This document shows positions 26,576-39,620 of a stretch of DNA of 64,000 bases, piece by piece. Below the pieces are notes generated by a model. That model made no database searches and had not been told where the DNA came from. It saw nothing but the letters and a program-made list of their open reading frames with translations. The stretch covers positions 87,482,001 through 87,546,000 of the forward strand of contig OX597823.1 of assembly GCA_951406725.2 (NCBI GenBank), read 5' to 3'. A program made the translations under genes and the position numbers. Numbering within the stretch: the stretch's first letter is position 1; each line of letters starts with the position of its first letter. The DNA is from Octopus vulgaris (Eukaryota).

Positions 26576-26892
26576 GCCTTCAGACGATCATCTCTTCGGC
26601 CCCATGAAAGAGAGTTTGAGAGGCTAGTGTGCTTGTTGATCATTTACTGAGCATTTGCGTGAGTGGACACCAAGGCTTGTTTTGTTTCGTTTCACAAAAC
26701 CATAACAAGTAAGCTATCAATTTAGAGGAGCAGCGTTTTGCTAGCGTGCCTTCGTGCTTTCACGAAGTTGGTCCTGGTGTGTGTGTATGTATGTATGTAT
26801 GTATGTATGTATGTATGTATGTATGTATGTATGTATGTATGTATGTATGTATGTATATGTGTATGTATGTATGTATGTATGTGTGTGCATGT

Positions 26893-27135
26893 GTATGCAG
26901 TACATGCCAGAATGTTTGCTAATCCAACAGAGGCCTCAAAAGACATTTTAAGATCCACAAAGAGCAGGACTTATCTGCAGCTCTTGGTGGTCCAAATCGG
27001 AAATGCAATCTATGTGAGTGCCTTTTCAGAACATTTTCTGGCTTAAATAGCCACATTAAATGCCATGATGGTGCTAAGGTGTAGGCACAGGAGGTGATCA
27101 AACTATGCATAATGAGTAGACAACCACCACCAACA
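26893..27135 (+). pseudogene. RTE-like LINE 3' end with two C2H2 zinc fingers
   Basis: Manual translation VCSTCQNVC*SNRGLKRHFKIH...KCNLCECLFRTFSGLNSHIKCHDGAKV* (stop 27082-27084); short UTR ending in (ACC)n. Confidence 0.65.
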
Positions 27136-27252
27136 TGTATGTATGTATGAGTGTATGTATGCTTGTATGTATGAATATAGATGTATGCATGCACGCTGAT
27201 AGCTTTCGCTGCGCACGCAACCGTGTGCTGCCATCGTTTGACGCACTACAGG

Positions 27253-27282
27253 AGTAGTCCCGGAATTTTTGATACCACCTCG
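27253..27282 (-). mobile_element. isolated mariner-like terminal repeat
   Basis: Minus strand ACGAGGTGGTATCAAAAATTCCGGGACTAC resembles CGAGG..TCAAAAA mariner termini. Confidence 0.4.
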
Positions 27283-27534
27283 TTTGTATGTATGAGTCTG
27301 TGTAAATATAGATACATAACTGTGCGATTAAGCAGATATACGTATATACATAGATAAATAAATATATACATGCTTGCATGCATGCAGGTATATGTACACA
27401 AGCTATTTCTATAGGGTGCGCAATCGTATAGCATCTGTTGCTTTGTTTACTTGTCGAATAAATAAACACTTTTCTTTATGATCTAATTTAAGACTAGTTT
27501 AGTGATTATCACGTCTGTATCACAGGCAAAAGAC

Positions 27535-27770
27535 CACGCCCAAGCCTTGGATGAGGGGTAACAATCTTGCACCCAACCACGTGCTTCGGGGTTCAGTCCC
27601 ACAGCATGGCATCTTGGGCAAGTGTCTTCTATCATAGCCTAGGGCCGAACAAAGCCTGTTGAATGGATTTGGTAAATGGAAACTGAAAGAAGCTTTGTGC
27701 ACACACACATACACACACACACATATATATATGTATATAAAGGCGGAGAAAAGAAGCCCGTTGCATATAC
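27535..27770 (+). mobile_element. SINE family B, 5' part
   Basis: GGGTTCAGTCCCAC..GGCATCTTGGGCAAGTGTCTTCTA..GGAAACTGAAAGAAGC. Confidence 0.75.
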
Positions 27771-27839
27771 GTACATATATATATATGTATGTGTGTGTCT
27801 ATATACACACCGATATATATATATACACACACACACACA

Positions 27840-27884
<45 letters not shown>

Positions 27885-28473
27885 TATGTACGCCGCTATA
27901 TTTTCATATATAAAAAATGCAAAAATGGGACAAGAGTGCAAAAAATCCAGACAGTTAGGTGATACAAAACGGGAACAACAAACATCCAGACAGACGGTAC
28001 AAAAAAAAAATCAAGGACGGGTCATTCGTCGTTTTCTTTCTTCAGTCGAGTTCCAGATTATATATATTACATTCCTTGGAAGAATTCAGCGAATGTATAC
28101 GAAAACAAGGACAGAAAAAATGGAGAAATTTTACACAAATACAAATGCAAATAACAGGACATAATAACAGGGAATACAAAAAAAATTGCAAATGTATATA
28201 TGTGTGTGTTTATGCATTTGTGTGTATGTATGTATCGGCGTGTGCTTTTGGTCTGTGTTAGTCTCTCGCCACTGAGGATGTTTCATTCGAATAAAAATCT
28301 TTGAAGGCAGTGCTACTGCATGTTCGCAGTCTAATAACTGTGACGAGTAACAGACAATATATATAATTCTAGTGTAAAGTTTCATTTTGTAGTTGATTCT
28401 GACTACCAGATATATTGTTTTGATAATTTATAGAATAGTTATAGAACTATAGTTTTGAAACATTCCTTTTGTT

Positions 28474-28476
<3 letters not shown>

Positions 28477-28525
<49 letters not shown>

Positions 28526-28536
28526 ATAATCTAATA

Positions 28537-28582
<46 letters not shown>

Positions 28583-28588
28583 TTTAAC

Positions 28589-28619
<31 letters not shown>

Positions 28620-28690
28620 TAATTCTGAATGACGATGTAAAACAATACACACATCCCACACACAACACAATCGGTATATATGTATATGTA

Positions 28691-28754
<64 letters not shown>

Positions 28755-28793
28755 CACATACATATACATGTATATATACATATATATAAATAA

Positions 28794-28882
<89 letters not shown>
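28477..28882. repeat. compound (TA)n microsatellite cluster
   Basis: Direct inspection. Confidence 0.95.
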
Positions 28883-28886
<4 letters not shown>

Positions 28887-29291
28887 CAGAATGAGATGTC
28901 ATTTTTTTTATCTCTGGTTACCGTTTGAACGTTAGGTTGTATTACTTGTAACACTTATTTTTACAGAAGCTTACTATTTCAATTATTTAAAACATTTAAT
29001 CCTTTTTTTTTAGTTGTTAAATTATGGCTAAATTTGACTGTTTACAAAGAAAAAAGTGCTACGCCTGAAAAACCATGCTTCAGAATAAAGAAGAAATATT
29101 TCTGTAAATAAAACATTTAGATGTACGTATGTGGTGTGATTTGGCGTAGTGTGATGTGGTGTGTGTGTGTGCGTTTGTGTGAATGTATGTATGTGTAGGT
29201 GTGTGTGTGTTTGTGTGTGTGTGGGTGGGTGAGTGTGGCAGTTGTGTGTATGTATTGCTGATTTTACAGCATGATTCAGAAAAATCATATG

Positions 29292-29334
<43 letters not shown>

Positions 29335-29397
29335 GTATGCATGTATATATGTATATGATATATCTAAGACCTTATAAACATATATATATTTATGCAC

Positions 29398-29443
<46 letters not shown>

Positions 29444-29588
29444 ATTTATATATATATATATAAGTGTGCTAAATACATATATATGTACACACACATAAAC
29501 ACACAGAAACACGTTAACAAATATGTTGTTTGTCGTATATTGAAGTAATATCAATACTTATATATATGTATGCATATATATATATATT

Positions 29589-29630
<42 letters not shown>

Positions 29631-29714
29631 AATAATTTATATATATATATGTATGTATATATGTATATCGATACCATAAACCGATATATATCTATATCTC
29701 TATTTATCTATATG

Positions 29715-29787
<73 letters not shown>

Positions 29788-30479
29788 ATTATTCATTTTT
29801 ATACTTTTTGAGATCTAGTTTTATGTTTTATAAAAATATTTATTATTTGTTATTTAAGTTTCGGTTTATGTCTATCACTCTTTGAGTTGCATAACATTGG
29901 TTTTATCTCTAATTTATATTTTATATATATATGTATGTATATGTATATGTATATATATATATATAATTTCTCTTCGTCTGTTTTTGCTGCTCATAATAAC
30001 GATTTTGATAAACAATGACACTAAAAAATGTTTTAAAATACATTTCTATTCAGTGAAACATTTTATTCTATTAGTCAAAGTTACATTTTAATCGTATTTT
30101 TCGCCTTTCAGTGTGTCATATTTATTACTATTCATCAATTTTCTCAAGAATACGTGGAACAGAAAATTGTTTGTGTCTAGAATAATTAGATTAGATTTAT
30201 AAACCGACGAGATAAGTGTTGCTGTGATTTAAATTCATTTCAGGTCTACCTTTTTGTTATCGACCGTTAGTGTTCTCGGGTGTATTCTTCAGATGTAGGC
30301 CTTTTCTGTTTAAGTCAATGGGGTACCATTGCATAAATGTCAACTAATAAAAGCAATGATTTTTATGTATAAAATAAACAACAAAAAAATTATAAAGAAA
30401 AACCGATGAGGAATTTCAGTAGGTGAGACGCATTGGCCATAGTTGTGTTTAATCAGAGATGTCTTCAGGGCTAAACAAT

Positions 30480-31265
30480 GAGAGCACTACCAGCACGACC
30501 ATCACCACGACGATGATAACGACGATGACGACATGGATGGCCACGGCAACGACAACCAGCACCAACACCACCACCACTATCACCATCATTCCTCACCACC
30601 ACCACCTCCAGCAGCAGCAGTATCACCACCATGATCATCATCATCATCACTACGATCGCCAGCAGCTAGCAGCAACGCCACCACCATCACCAAAAACCAC
30701 AACACTACTATTACCATCAACAAGTTCAACAACAACGATAGCAACCATCACCACCACTATTACCATCGCCACCAAATCCACCACAAACATCGACATCACT
30801 GCCACAAGCCCCACAACCAACATCATCATTACTATCACCATGGCTACCCCACCACCAAATCACCACCACCAGCATCACCATCACCACCACTACCTACAAC
30901 ACCACCGCTATTATCATCAGTACCATCACCGTCACCATCGTTACCAGTAGCACCACTACCACTACCATCACCACTACCACCACCACCACCACCACCACCA
31001 TAACCACCCCAATCACTATTGAACTCCACCACTATCACTAGTGCTACCAGTCCCACCAGCAACACCATTACCTCCCGCACCATTACCATCAACACCACCA
31101 CCAACAACAACAACATCAACACTACCACCACTATCAACACCACCACTATCATCAACACCACCGACACCCCCACCACCATCAACACCACCACCATCCCCAC
31201 TAACACCCCCAACAACACCACTATCAACACCACCACCACCACCACCACCAACACCAACAACAACA
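30480..31265. repeat. low-complexity (CAC/CAT/CAA)n region
   Basis: Degenerate trinucleotide repeats. Confidence 0.9.
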
Positions 31266-31744
31266 ACTTGTTCTGCTTTACATTTTTCAAAGCCAATTTA
31301 AAAATTATTTTAAACGTGCAACGAATCGAGATTTCCTGAAACAGAAACACACAGCAAGAACAGAAAGTAACAAGGACTATTAATAACTTGCCATTAAACT
31401 GATGCTCTTGAAGTGATTAATAACTATTATGCAGCGGAATATATTATCAGAAAGTCTAAAGGACGACTCTTCGGTTATAAAGCAACGATATTAATCATAT
31501 TTTCTGACGCACATATGCAAAATCGCTTCCGATAAGAGAGAGTGTAGATATGTTTTTGGTGGAGGTTTCGTTGCAGTGGTGTTGTAGAAAGTATGGAATG
31601 CTACGGCGGATGTTTTTGTAATATTTACTTCCGTTTTATCTACTGTATCTTTTTTTTTTTAATATTGATCCCAATGAGGAGAATTTCCTTATCTAAAAAC
31701 AAAAACAATTAAAAAAAGAGAATTAGGATTGTGAGGGTAACGAG

Positions 31745-31810
31745 TTATGATTTTGATTATAAATGTGATGATTATGATGATAGTAATTGTGATGACGATG
31801 ATGATGACGG

Positions 31811-31869
<59 letters not shown>

Positions 31870-31940
31870 GTGGTGGTGATGATGATGATGATGATGATGT
31901 TGATAATGGTGGTGTTGATAATGGTGATCATGATGATGAG
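31745..31940. repeat. (GAT)n microsatellite region
   Basis: Direct inspection. Confidence 0.9.
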
Positions 31941-33151
31941 AATGAAGGTGACGAAGAAAGGGGAGAAAGCGGAAATAAGGAAGAGAAGGGAAGAGTGGAG
32001 GAACCGTGGAGGTGGAGTCGGAGGGGGAGTGGAGGAAAGTTGGAGGAGGTAGAGGAAATGAAGTAGAGGTGGAGGACGGGGTTGATAATGGCACTGATTG
32101 TCGTCGTCACCACCACCACCATCATCATTATCATCACCATCAGCAACATGTTCATGATGGTAACACTGCAAGAGGGAAAATGAGTGAAACTGCAATCGAA
32201 ATATATTTTGTTTTTATCATATCATATCATGGCGAGAAGTATCGCATTTAAAATAAGAAACGTCACATGAACTATGAACAAAAGCAGGCAAATGAACTAA
32301 ATAAATCAATAAGGCTTGTATGTAAGACATGACTGTTCACAAAATGGAAAACTGTGTGTATAGACCTTTTATTTATTTAATTATGAAGTATTTCACCAAC
32401 AAATGACTTTTGAAGTAAGTCAATTTAGAGCTGATTCTCAAGAAAACGGCTGTATGAACATCACGTACGTTGGGTTGGACGACCAGTTATTTAAGTCCTG
32501 AATTGAACAACATATGCATGCACATTTACACAAATAGACAAATTCAGCTCCGTTTAATTGTCGAAATACATTTATTATTTGAAGGATTGACGAAAAAAAA
32601 AAAAGAGAGACAGCTAGATAGAGAAAGAGACTGAGAGTTTAGGCAGAGAACCGGTCGAATACTGACGGGTGCCCTATCACTCCGAGTATTAAAACAATAC
32701 AAAAACGTACTAGGACACAGCTCACACAAAGGGGACTTTGGCTTCTGATCAGTGTTGACGAGAGAAAGATATATGTGTAGCTCAGCTATAGTAATGAAAC
32801 ACGAGATCTGGCAAAAGCAGCAAAGGCAGATAATGTCGATATGTGTAGCTCTTGCCCATGGATGCATATTCTGGAAAAACTCTCTTGCGAAGAGTAGACG
32901 AGAATAGTCAATGGTATCCAGGTATGCCCGACCTCAAGAAATAAAAGATGTTATGCGCCTCATGTGCCGAAAGCAACCGGAATTCCTTTTCTAAATGTAT
33001 TTTGAAGAATAGCTACTATTTCATTGTTATTGGTCATCGAAAAACAAATGAATTAAATATTCCTAGATATGTCTAATATGGGTACACACACACACACACA
33101 CGCACACACATATAAGGTATGTATATGAATATTTATATGTATATATATATA

Positions 33152-33527
33152 TCTTCTACTTGTCTCGTTCATTTCATTGCGGCCATGTTGGGGCACCGCA
33201 TTGACGGCTTTTATTCGAATAAAATCGACCACTTGTCTTATTTTTCTTAAACCGCTAAGTACAAGGGACGTAAACACGCCAACTTTGTTTGTCAAGCGAT
33301 TGTGGGGGACAAACACAGACACGAAGAAACACATACGCTCACACACATACATATGTATATATACGACGGGATTCTTTCAGTTTCCCCCTACCAAATCCAC
33401 TCGCAAGGCTTCGGTCAGCCCGATGCTATAGTAGAAGACACTTGATCGAGGTGCCCCACAGTGGGACTGAATCAAGAACCATGCGGTTGGGAAGCAACTG
33501 TCGTACTATACAGCCATGGCTACCTCC
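33152..33527 (-). mobile_element. SINE family B
   Basis: GCGGCCATGTTGGGGCACCGC...CTTTCAGTTTCC...CAGTGGGACTGAA. Confidence 0.8.
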
Positions 33528-33840
33528 TTGAAAAACGCTCGGAATACAATACATACAATACATAAATACATACATATATATATATGTGTGTGTGTATGTA
33601 TGTATATGTATATATATGCATGTATATGATTATGTATATGTATATATATGCATGTATATGATTATATATATGTATGAATATATTGTATAGAACAGAGAAG
33701 TGAGCTTCCGTTACTATATTTAGGAAGATTTCTAGAATAGATTCTAAGCCAGAAGTATTAGACTATAAGTTAAATGGACAAACCATTGATTTGTAGTATT
33801 TCTCATAACTCAGTGTTTTGACGTAAGAAGATTGAAAGCA

Positions 33841-33882
<42 letters not shown>

Positions 33883-34635
33883 TAATTTTATGCATGTATG
33901 TATATGTATGTATTCGAAAGAAAGAGATTTTGGGACTTACTGATTAAACTGTTGTTGACTTCCAAATCAATATTAATTCGCTTCTCTAATATTGTTTTGG
34001 CAATTGAATATTGTTTTGGCGAGAGATACATGAATACGATGTACTATTATCTGCTGTCCATTAGCATATTTTTCTAAACCAAAACTTAATTAAATATTTA
34101 ACTGATAGTTGCTGTTTTTGCTTTAATTTATTTATAACTCGCCTCTAATTTTAAATAAAGAAACAAACTGGCATGATAGAATATTTTTTGTTTGGCAGAT
34201 GATTTCGATAATATTATTGTCGTATTAGGTTCTTTAAAGCTGTTACTATGAATAATATTTTAAAATGACATTCATGAAGATAAATACAAAAAAAATACAA
34301 TTCTCAAGAAGGAACCTAATTAGTGAGATTGCGTATGTGGGGGAGGGAGAAGGCAATGAATTTATCATTAAACATTTTGAATTGTATCAAAAGAATTTTA
34401 AATATTCTTTATTATTTGCAGATCATAGAATGTGGGAAAAACAGTCAACAGGGCAATGAAATAATGTAATGTCTTTGGCCTCATGGTGTCTCTAACACAC
34501 AGAACGACCAAAAATTATAAGATTTTAAATTCAGAGATAATTCATTGTGTTTTGGCGTTAGATACTTCGTTTTACATTGATTCATTTCGGCTGAATTGTG
34601 TGGGAGTATGATAGTGTATATCCTTTCCTTTATAG

Positions 34636-34870
34636 AAGGCGGCGAGCTGGCAGAAACGTTAGCATGCCGGGCGAAATGCGTAGCCGTATTTCGTCTGCCT
34701 TTACGTTCTGAGTTCAAATTCCGCCGAGGTCGACTTTGCCTTTCATCCTTTCGGGGTCGATAAATTAAGTACCAGTTACGCACAGGGGTCGATATAGTCG
34801 ACTTAATCCGTTTGTCTGTCCTGGTTTGTCTCCCCTCTGTGTGTAGCCCCTTGTGGGTAGTAAAGAAATA
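34636..34870 (+). mobile_element. SINE family A, well preserved
   Basis: AAGGCGGCGAGCTGGCAGAAACGTTAGC..GAGTTCAAATTCC..GTCGACTTTGCCTTTCATCCTTTCGGGGTCGATAAATTAAGTACCAG..GCCCCTTGTGGGTAGTAAAGAAAT. Confidence 0.9.
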
Positions 34871-35028
34871 TATTGTTTCCTTCATAGTACCCTCTGTGAT
34901 TGGTTATTACTCTTATCGTTTTAAACGATTGTGGAAATGAGACTTGTAAGTCTCGTTATCGAATTGCTACTAAACTTTCACTTGTCAATTATTACAGATT
35001 TATTGTGCTTTGGAGGACATTGTTATTT

Positions 35029-35251
35029 ACCTTTTCAATACCAACCCGGTTGAAACCGTCTCTAGCTCTGTAGCATAAATGTCTTGTTTTCATAAGTTTT
35101 GAATTAAAATCTTCCATCAAACCTTAGTCACAATTTAAGTTCCTAACACAAGCTTAATAATAACAAAGTTATTTTACTAAATACTTTGTTATATTTAAAA
35201 TTAATTGACTGAAACACAGAGCATCTCAAAATAAATACGGTAACAAAAGGG
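35029..35251. mobile_element. MITE-like element with short TIRs (possibly piggyBac-type)
   Basis: CCTTTTCAATACC ... GGTAACAAAAGG imperfect termini; TTAA flanks not preserved. Confidence 0.4.
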
Positions 35252-35599
35252 AAGAGAGAGGTGTGTTTTAATTGTAGAAGAAAATAAGAGTTTATGGTTA
35301 ATTCTAAGTCTAATATGCAGTGGGACTAAATCCAAATCTACGTGATGGGAAAGTGATCTTCTCAACGGCACAGTTACGGCTGCGCCTGCGATCGACATTA
35401 ACGCACAGTCATGCCTGTGAAGTATTTGTGAACAAAAAGGGTCTCATTCTTTGGCTACTAACGAGCAAATAACTTTTAAATCAGGTAGAGTCAAACGTTC
35501 GGCAATAAACGTATGATTTCTCTGTTTAAATGTCTTGTCGTTCCTTGCTTCAATTGCTATCCTATTTTTCAGTAGAGCTTTGCTTTCATTATTGCGTAT

Positions 35600-35830
35600 A
35601 GGAAGACGATTGGCCGAGTGGTTAGGATTTTGCACTCACGATTGCAAGATCATAATTTCAAATCTCGGGTCGGGCTCGGTACGCTGTGTTTTTCAGAAAA
35701 ATACTTTATTTTACGTTTCTCTAGTTTACGCAGCTGTAAATGTGTAACTCTGCGACGGACTCGTTCAATGGAAATCTTGTGACCTCAGTCAGTTATACGC
35801 CAGGAAAAATTGGGAGCTGGCCTTACGAGT
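35600..35830 (+). mobile_element. SINE family C (diverged), host of the element at 35831-36190
   Basis: A box TGGCCGAGTGG; body resembles 473-725. Confidence 0.6.
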
Positions 35831-35985
35831 TCTATATTTAAGAGATGCGGAATTATGTACATTATTTACATTATTTACATTTGAAGGATATTTGTCCTCA
35901 TTAAGAGTGCGGTTTACTAAACCCAAGATTCCGAGTTCGATTCCAGGCAGTGACCTGAATAATAACAACAACAACAACAACAATG

Positions 35986-36037
<52 letters not shown>

Positions 36038-36190
36038 CAACAATAATAACAATAACATCGAAAAATACCTTAGGAATGAGAAATCAGGTTTGAAATTTCC
36101 CCAAGACACCTGATGAAGACTGGAGGGTATATCAGCCGAAACGTTGTGTTAACAAAAAAGATGAGGACAAATATCCGTAATGTAAATAAT
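35831..36190 (+). mobile_element. non-autonomous element: inverted 3' copy + tRNA-like head + (AAT/AAC)n + hammerhead motif
   Basis: Apparent TSD GGCCTTACGAGT (35819-35830) / GGCCCTACGAGT (36191-36202); inverted repeat about 35870-35901 vs 36161-36190; B box GTTCGATTCC 35935-35944. Confidence 0.7.
36105..36150 (+). ncRNA. type I minimal hammerhead ribozyme motif
   Basis: gacac-CTGATGA-a-gactg..cagcc-GAAA-cg-TT-gtgtt; helix I 5 bp, helix II 4/5, palindromic helix III AACGTT, GUU triplet. Confidence 0.65.
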
Positions 36191-36262
36191 GGCCCTACGA
36201 GTACTAGAAATCAAAGACCGGAATGTCCAGGTAACTTACTGCCTTACTGTACATAATGCGTA

Positions 36263-36459
36263 CAGGGTGTCCATAAAATACCTTTATGATTTGAGAAAAA
36301 ATGGGTAACTCAGCAGTTTATTGAAAGCATAGGCAAATAAAGTTATATTAGAAACATCAGGACCCTTCTGCATAGGTTTCCTTTGTTGCACGCAACATGC
36401 TGTGTTATCCTACTTTTTCTGAATTTTTCAAATTGTACAGGGAATTTGTGGACACTTTG
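36263..36459. mobile_element. Tc1/mariner-type MITE
   Basis: TA flanks; CAGGGTGTCCATAAAATACC / GGAATTTGTGGACACTTTG imperfect TIRs of about 35 bp. Confidence 0.7.
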
Positions 36460-36646
36460 TAATTTCAATTAATCTCTATAAGATTATTTGAAATTTCTTC
36501 GGAAATGAGTCTGAAGAAAGAGAAAACCCTGTAGTTTAATTGTAGGACGAATGTGCTGACTTGTAATAAATGTAGATATATAGCACTAATATTAATTTCA
36601 AGCTCTAATATATAGCACTAACATATAGCATGTATATACAGATATA

Positions 36647-36849
36647 CAGGGTGTTCAAAACATCTCTCCGCAGTGAAGTTTTTTCATCCTGCGCATCAAG
36701 ATTATTTCGGAGGGACTTTGGCCTCCTAGATCACCTGATTTAACACTGCTTGACTTTTTCTTTTCTGGGGAGCAAGTAAAGGATCAGTGTATCAGAATCG
36801 CCCGAAATCCATTAAATACTTACTGCAGAGAGACTTTTTGAACATCCTG
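36647..36849 (+). mobile_element. Tc1/mariner-superfamily MITE retaining a transposase fragment
   Basis: TA flanks; TIR CAGGGTGTTCAAAACATCTCTCCGCAGT / ACTGCAGAGAGACTTTTTGAACATCCTG; internal IISEGLWPPRSPDLTLLDFF (DD41D/rosa-like motif). Confidence 0.8.
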
Positions 36850-36881
36850 TATTAGTAGATATATAGCACTAACTTTGGTAT

Positions 36882-37210
36882 CAGTGGTTAGCGCGTCTGG
36901 TTCACGATCATGAGGTATTGGTTTCGATTCCCGTACCTGGCTGTTTATAGTGTTCTTGAGCAAGATACTTTATTTCTCGTTGCTCCAGTTCACTCAACTG
37001 TAGAAATGATTTGCAACGTCACTGGTGCCAAGCTGTATCGGTCTTTGACTTTCCCTTGGATAAAAATCGGTGGCGTGGAGAGGAGAGGCTGGAATGCATT
37101 GGCGACTGCTGGTGTTACATAAACAACATTACTAGGACTTGTGTCTCGGAGGGCAACTTTCCAGGAGTAATCCCATGCTATTTTGATGACCGAAGAGTTT
37201 CTTTACCCTT
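36882..37210 (+). mobile_element. SINE with a family C-like head
   Basis: CAGTGGTTAGC..GGTTTCGATTCCC..GTGTTCTTGAGCAAGATAC..GTTGCTCCAGTTCACTCA. Confidence 0.65.
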
Positions 37211-39029
37211 TATTTTCTTCAAATGTTTCTGGTGCGGTAATGATCCTGTGAATTCGCCGTCTTATATATCTCTAATAATGATTGCGAATTACGTCTTGGA
37301 TGTTTCGAATATGTAGCCATTTGCAGGGTATGTCTATTCATTTACTTGATCGTCAGAACCGAGACAATCATCCATATCTATTTGTATTTTATTCATGCGC
37401 AGCAGGCACAATCTTCAGTTTTACTATGTTTTCGCAGACTAATGAAGTATTTGCCTAATAATTAATTCATAAAGCAGGAAAACTGTAAGAAAGGTAGAGA
37501 GAATAGCAGTAATTTTTAATGTTAAGGAGAAAAACGTGCGTACCGTAATCAAGCCATAAGATGGAAATTATTTTGGAAATCTGTTTTTGGAACAATCGTT
37601 ATATTCTTTTCTTCAGATAAATCACTGGTCGAGTAAGAATCGGCAGTGGTGCTGCTTTACCATGTTGAGGCTAAACGCCATTAATTAACTTTCCTAAGAC
37701 ATGGAACGTAAAACAATAACTAGAATAAAAACAGAACACTCGATCATGTGTTCATAACATTCGTACATTAAGTTCGTAGCTATTGTCTCTACAACATTAA
37801 ACAGATACTATTTTTGTTCTCTTTTTTGTATTAACTTTGTTGCTACTGACTAAAGATTTTGAACTCCAACCGAAACAAAGACATCAGTATTTATTGGTTC
37901 ATGACAATAATAAAATTTAGTTTTGTTCAGATAACTGAAGTCAAAGTTCAGGGTTATCTCTAACTTTTCACCTACTAATCTTATCAGATGAATTAATTTA
38001 CTTCATCTGTTGCTTACTCTGTCTCTTTCCTAATAATATCTGATTGGTGAAATAAGTCTAGTTTCGTTACTGGGACACATTAGCGTTACAGCAATTCTGC
38101 GATTCTGTAATTGGTTGAATTTATGAGAAAGATAAAAACCCTTTTCTAATGAATGGCATGACCTTCTTTTCATATCTTCAATGCATTTAAAATCGTTCTC
38201 TAATTTTATGTATTCCAACAAGTAATATAAAAAGGTAAAAGATGTATCTTTAAACCAATACATTAAAAATTTGATTAGGATTATTCTTATCTGTACTTTT
38301 TCCTATGATAAATATATTTCACAGAATAAAAATTTAAATATTTTGAATATCGATGGCCGCAAATATTTTGAGGAATATCCTTGTGAGCGTGTGTTCGATA
38401 TAAATGGATATTGCTTTTCTGATGTTTTTAGTTGTTAAGTCGGTATGTGCTGATTAATCGGAAATCTGTTTATCGTGATCATTAGTTTGACAATAGAAAA
38501 TGATGTGTTTGCATTTCGCAAGCTGGAAGAGTTTTAGTTCTGAAGTTTATCGCTAAGGTATTTATTTATTATCAATACGGATAAAGTAGATAGGCTGCAG
38601 TTCCGAAAAAGACGGTATCAGTGAATTCCGTAGAGAATAGCATCACTAGAATTGACAAAAAAAAAAAATGCTGCTCTGATAAAAAAGCAAATCTACGCTA
38701 TCATAATTTTTGGCTGTTTCATTCTTTTTTTTTACTGGCGAGATTTTTTAACTGGGTTGGTTTAGGCCCCAAATTAACTTATGAAGTAAAAACAAATATC
38801 CGTCTTCAGTGAAACACATTTCAAAAATTGAAAAAAAAAAGAAAGGTAAAATCCGGCCTGATAGCCTAAAAAAGCTACCATTTGAATTTTTTGTTCTTAT
38901 TGTTACATCTGATGCAAGTCTATTAAATGACCTCCACTGAAACAAATTTCAATATCACAGAACATCAAACAATGGCAATCTATCAACGCATATTTCATCT
39001 ATCCCTCCATGTTTTAATATCTGTTTCAA

Positions 39030-39620
39030 ATAGAACGCCGGGAGAAATGCCGCTACGTTCTGAGTTCAAATTCCGCCGAGGTCGACTTTACCGTTCATCC
39101 TTTCGGGGTCGATAAATTAAGTACCAGTTGCGTACTGGGGTCGATCTAATCGACTGGTCCCCTCCCCCAAACTTTCGAGCCTTGTGCTTAGAGTAGAAAA
39201 GAATACTTGTTTTAAATGTTCGCACGCGGCAAGTAATTTTGGTTAAGTCGATTACATCGACACCAGTACTCAACTGGTACTTCTTTTATCGCTCCCCAAA
39301 GAACGAATGGCAAAGTCGACCCCGGTGGAATTTTTGATCTGACAAAGTAAAGTCGGAAGAAATGCTGCTTAGCATTTGGCCCGGCGAGCTGCTAACGATT
39401 CTGACAGCTCGCTGCCTTACTCCGTGTTTTAATACTGATTTAAAATTTTGGCACAAAGCCATCAAATCCATGGCAGCGGGTACATCAATTACATCCACTC
39501 AGTGATATCGATAGAATGAATGACAAAGTCGACCTTGGCAGAATTTGAACTCAAAAGGACGGTCGAAATACCGCTAAAAATTTTGGCCGTCGCGCTAAGG
39601 ACTTTGCCTGCTCACCACCT
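39030..39620. mobile_element. cluster of three SINE family A copies (39030-39203 +, 39240-39418 -, 39445-39620 -)
   Basis: Family A cores present in both orientations. Confidence 0.75.

Noticed and set aside
30459-31350. Thr/His-rich mucin-like ORFs
   Set aside because: Degenerate CAC/CAT/CAA repeats open in several frames; no signal peptide, domain or splice support
32640-32925. Unique block ending in CAG|GTATG, a possible exon
   Set aside because: No clear acceptor and no recognisable reading frame
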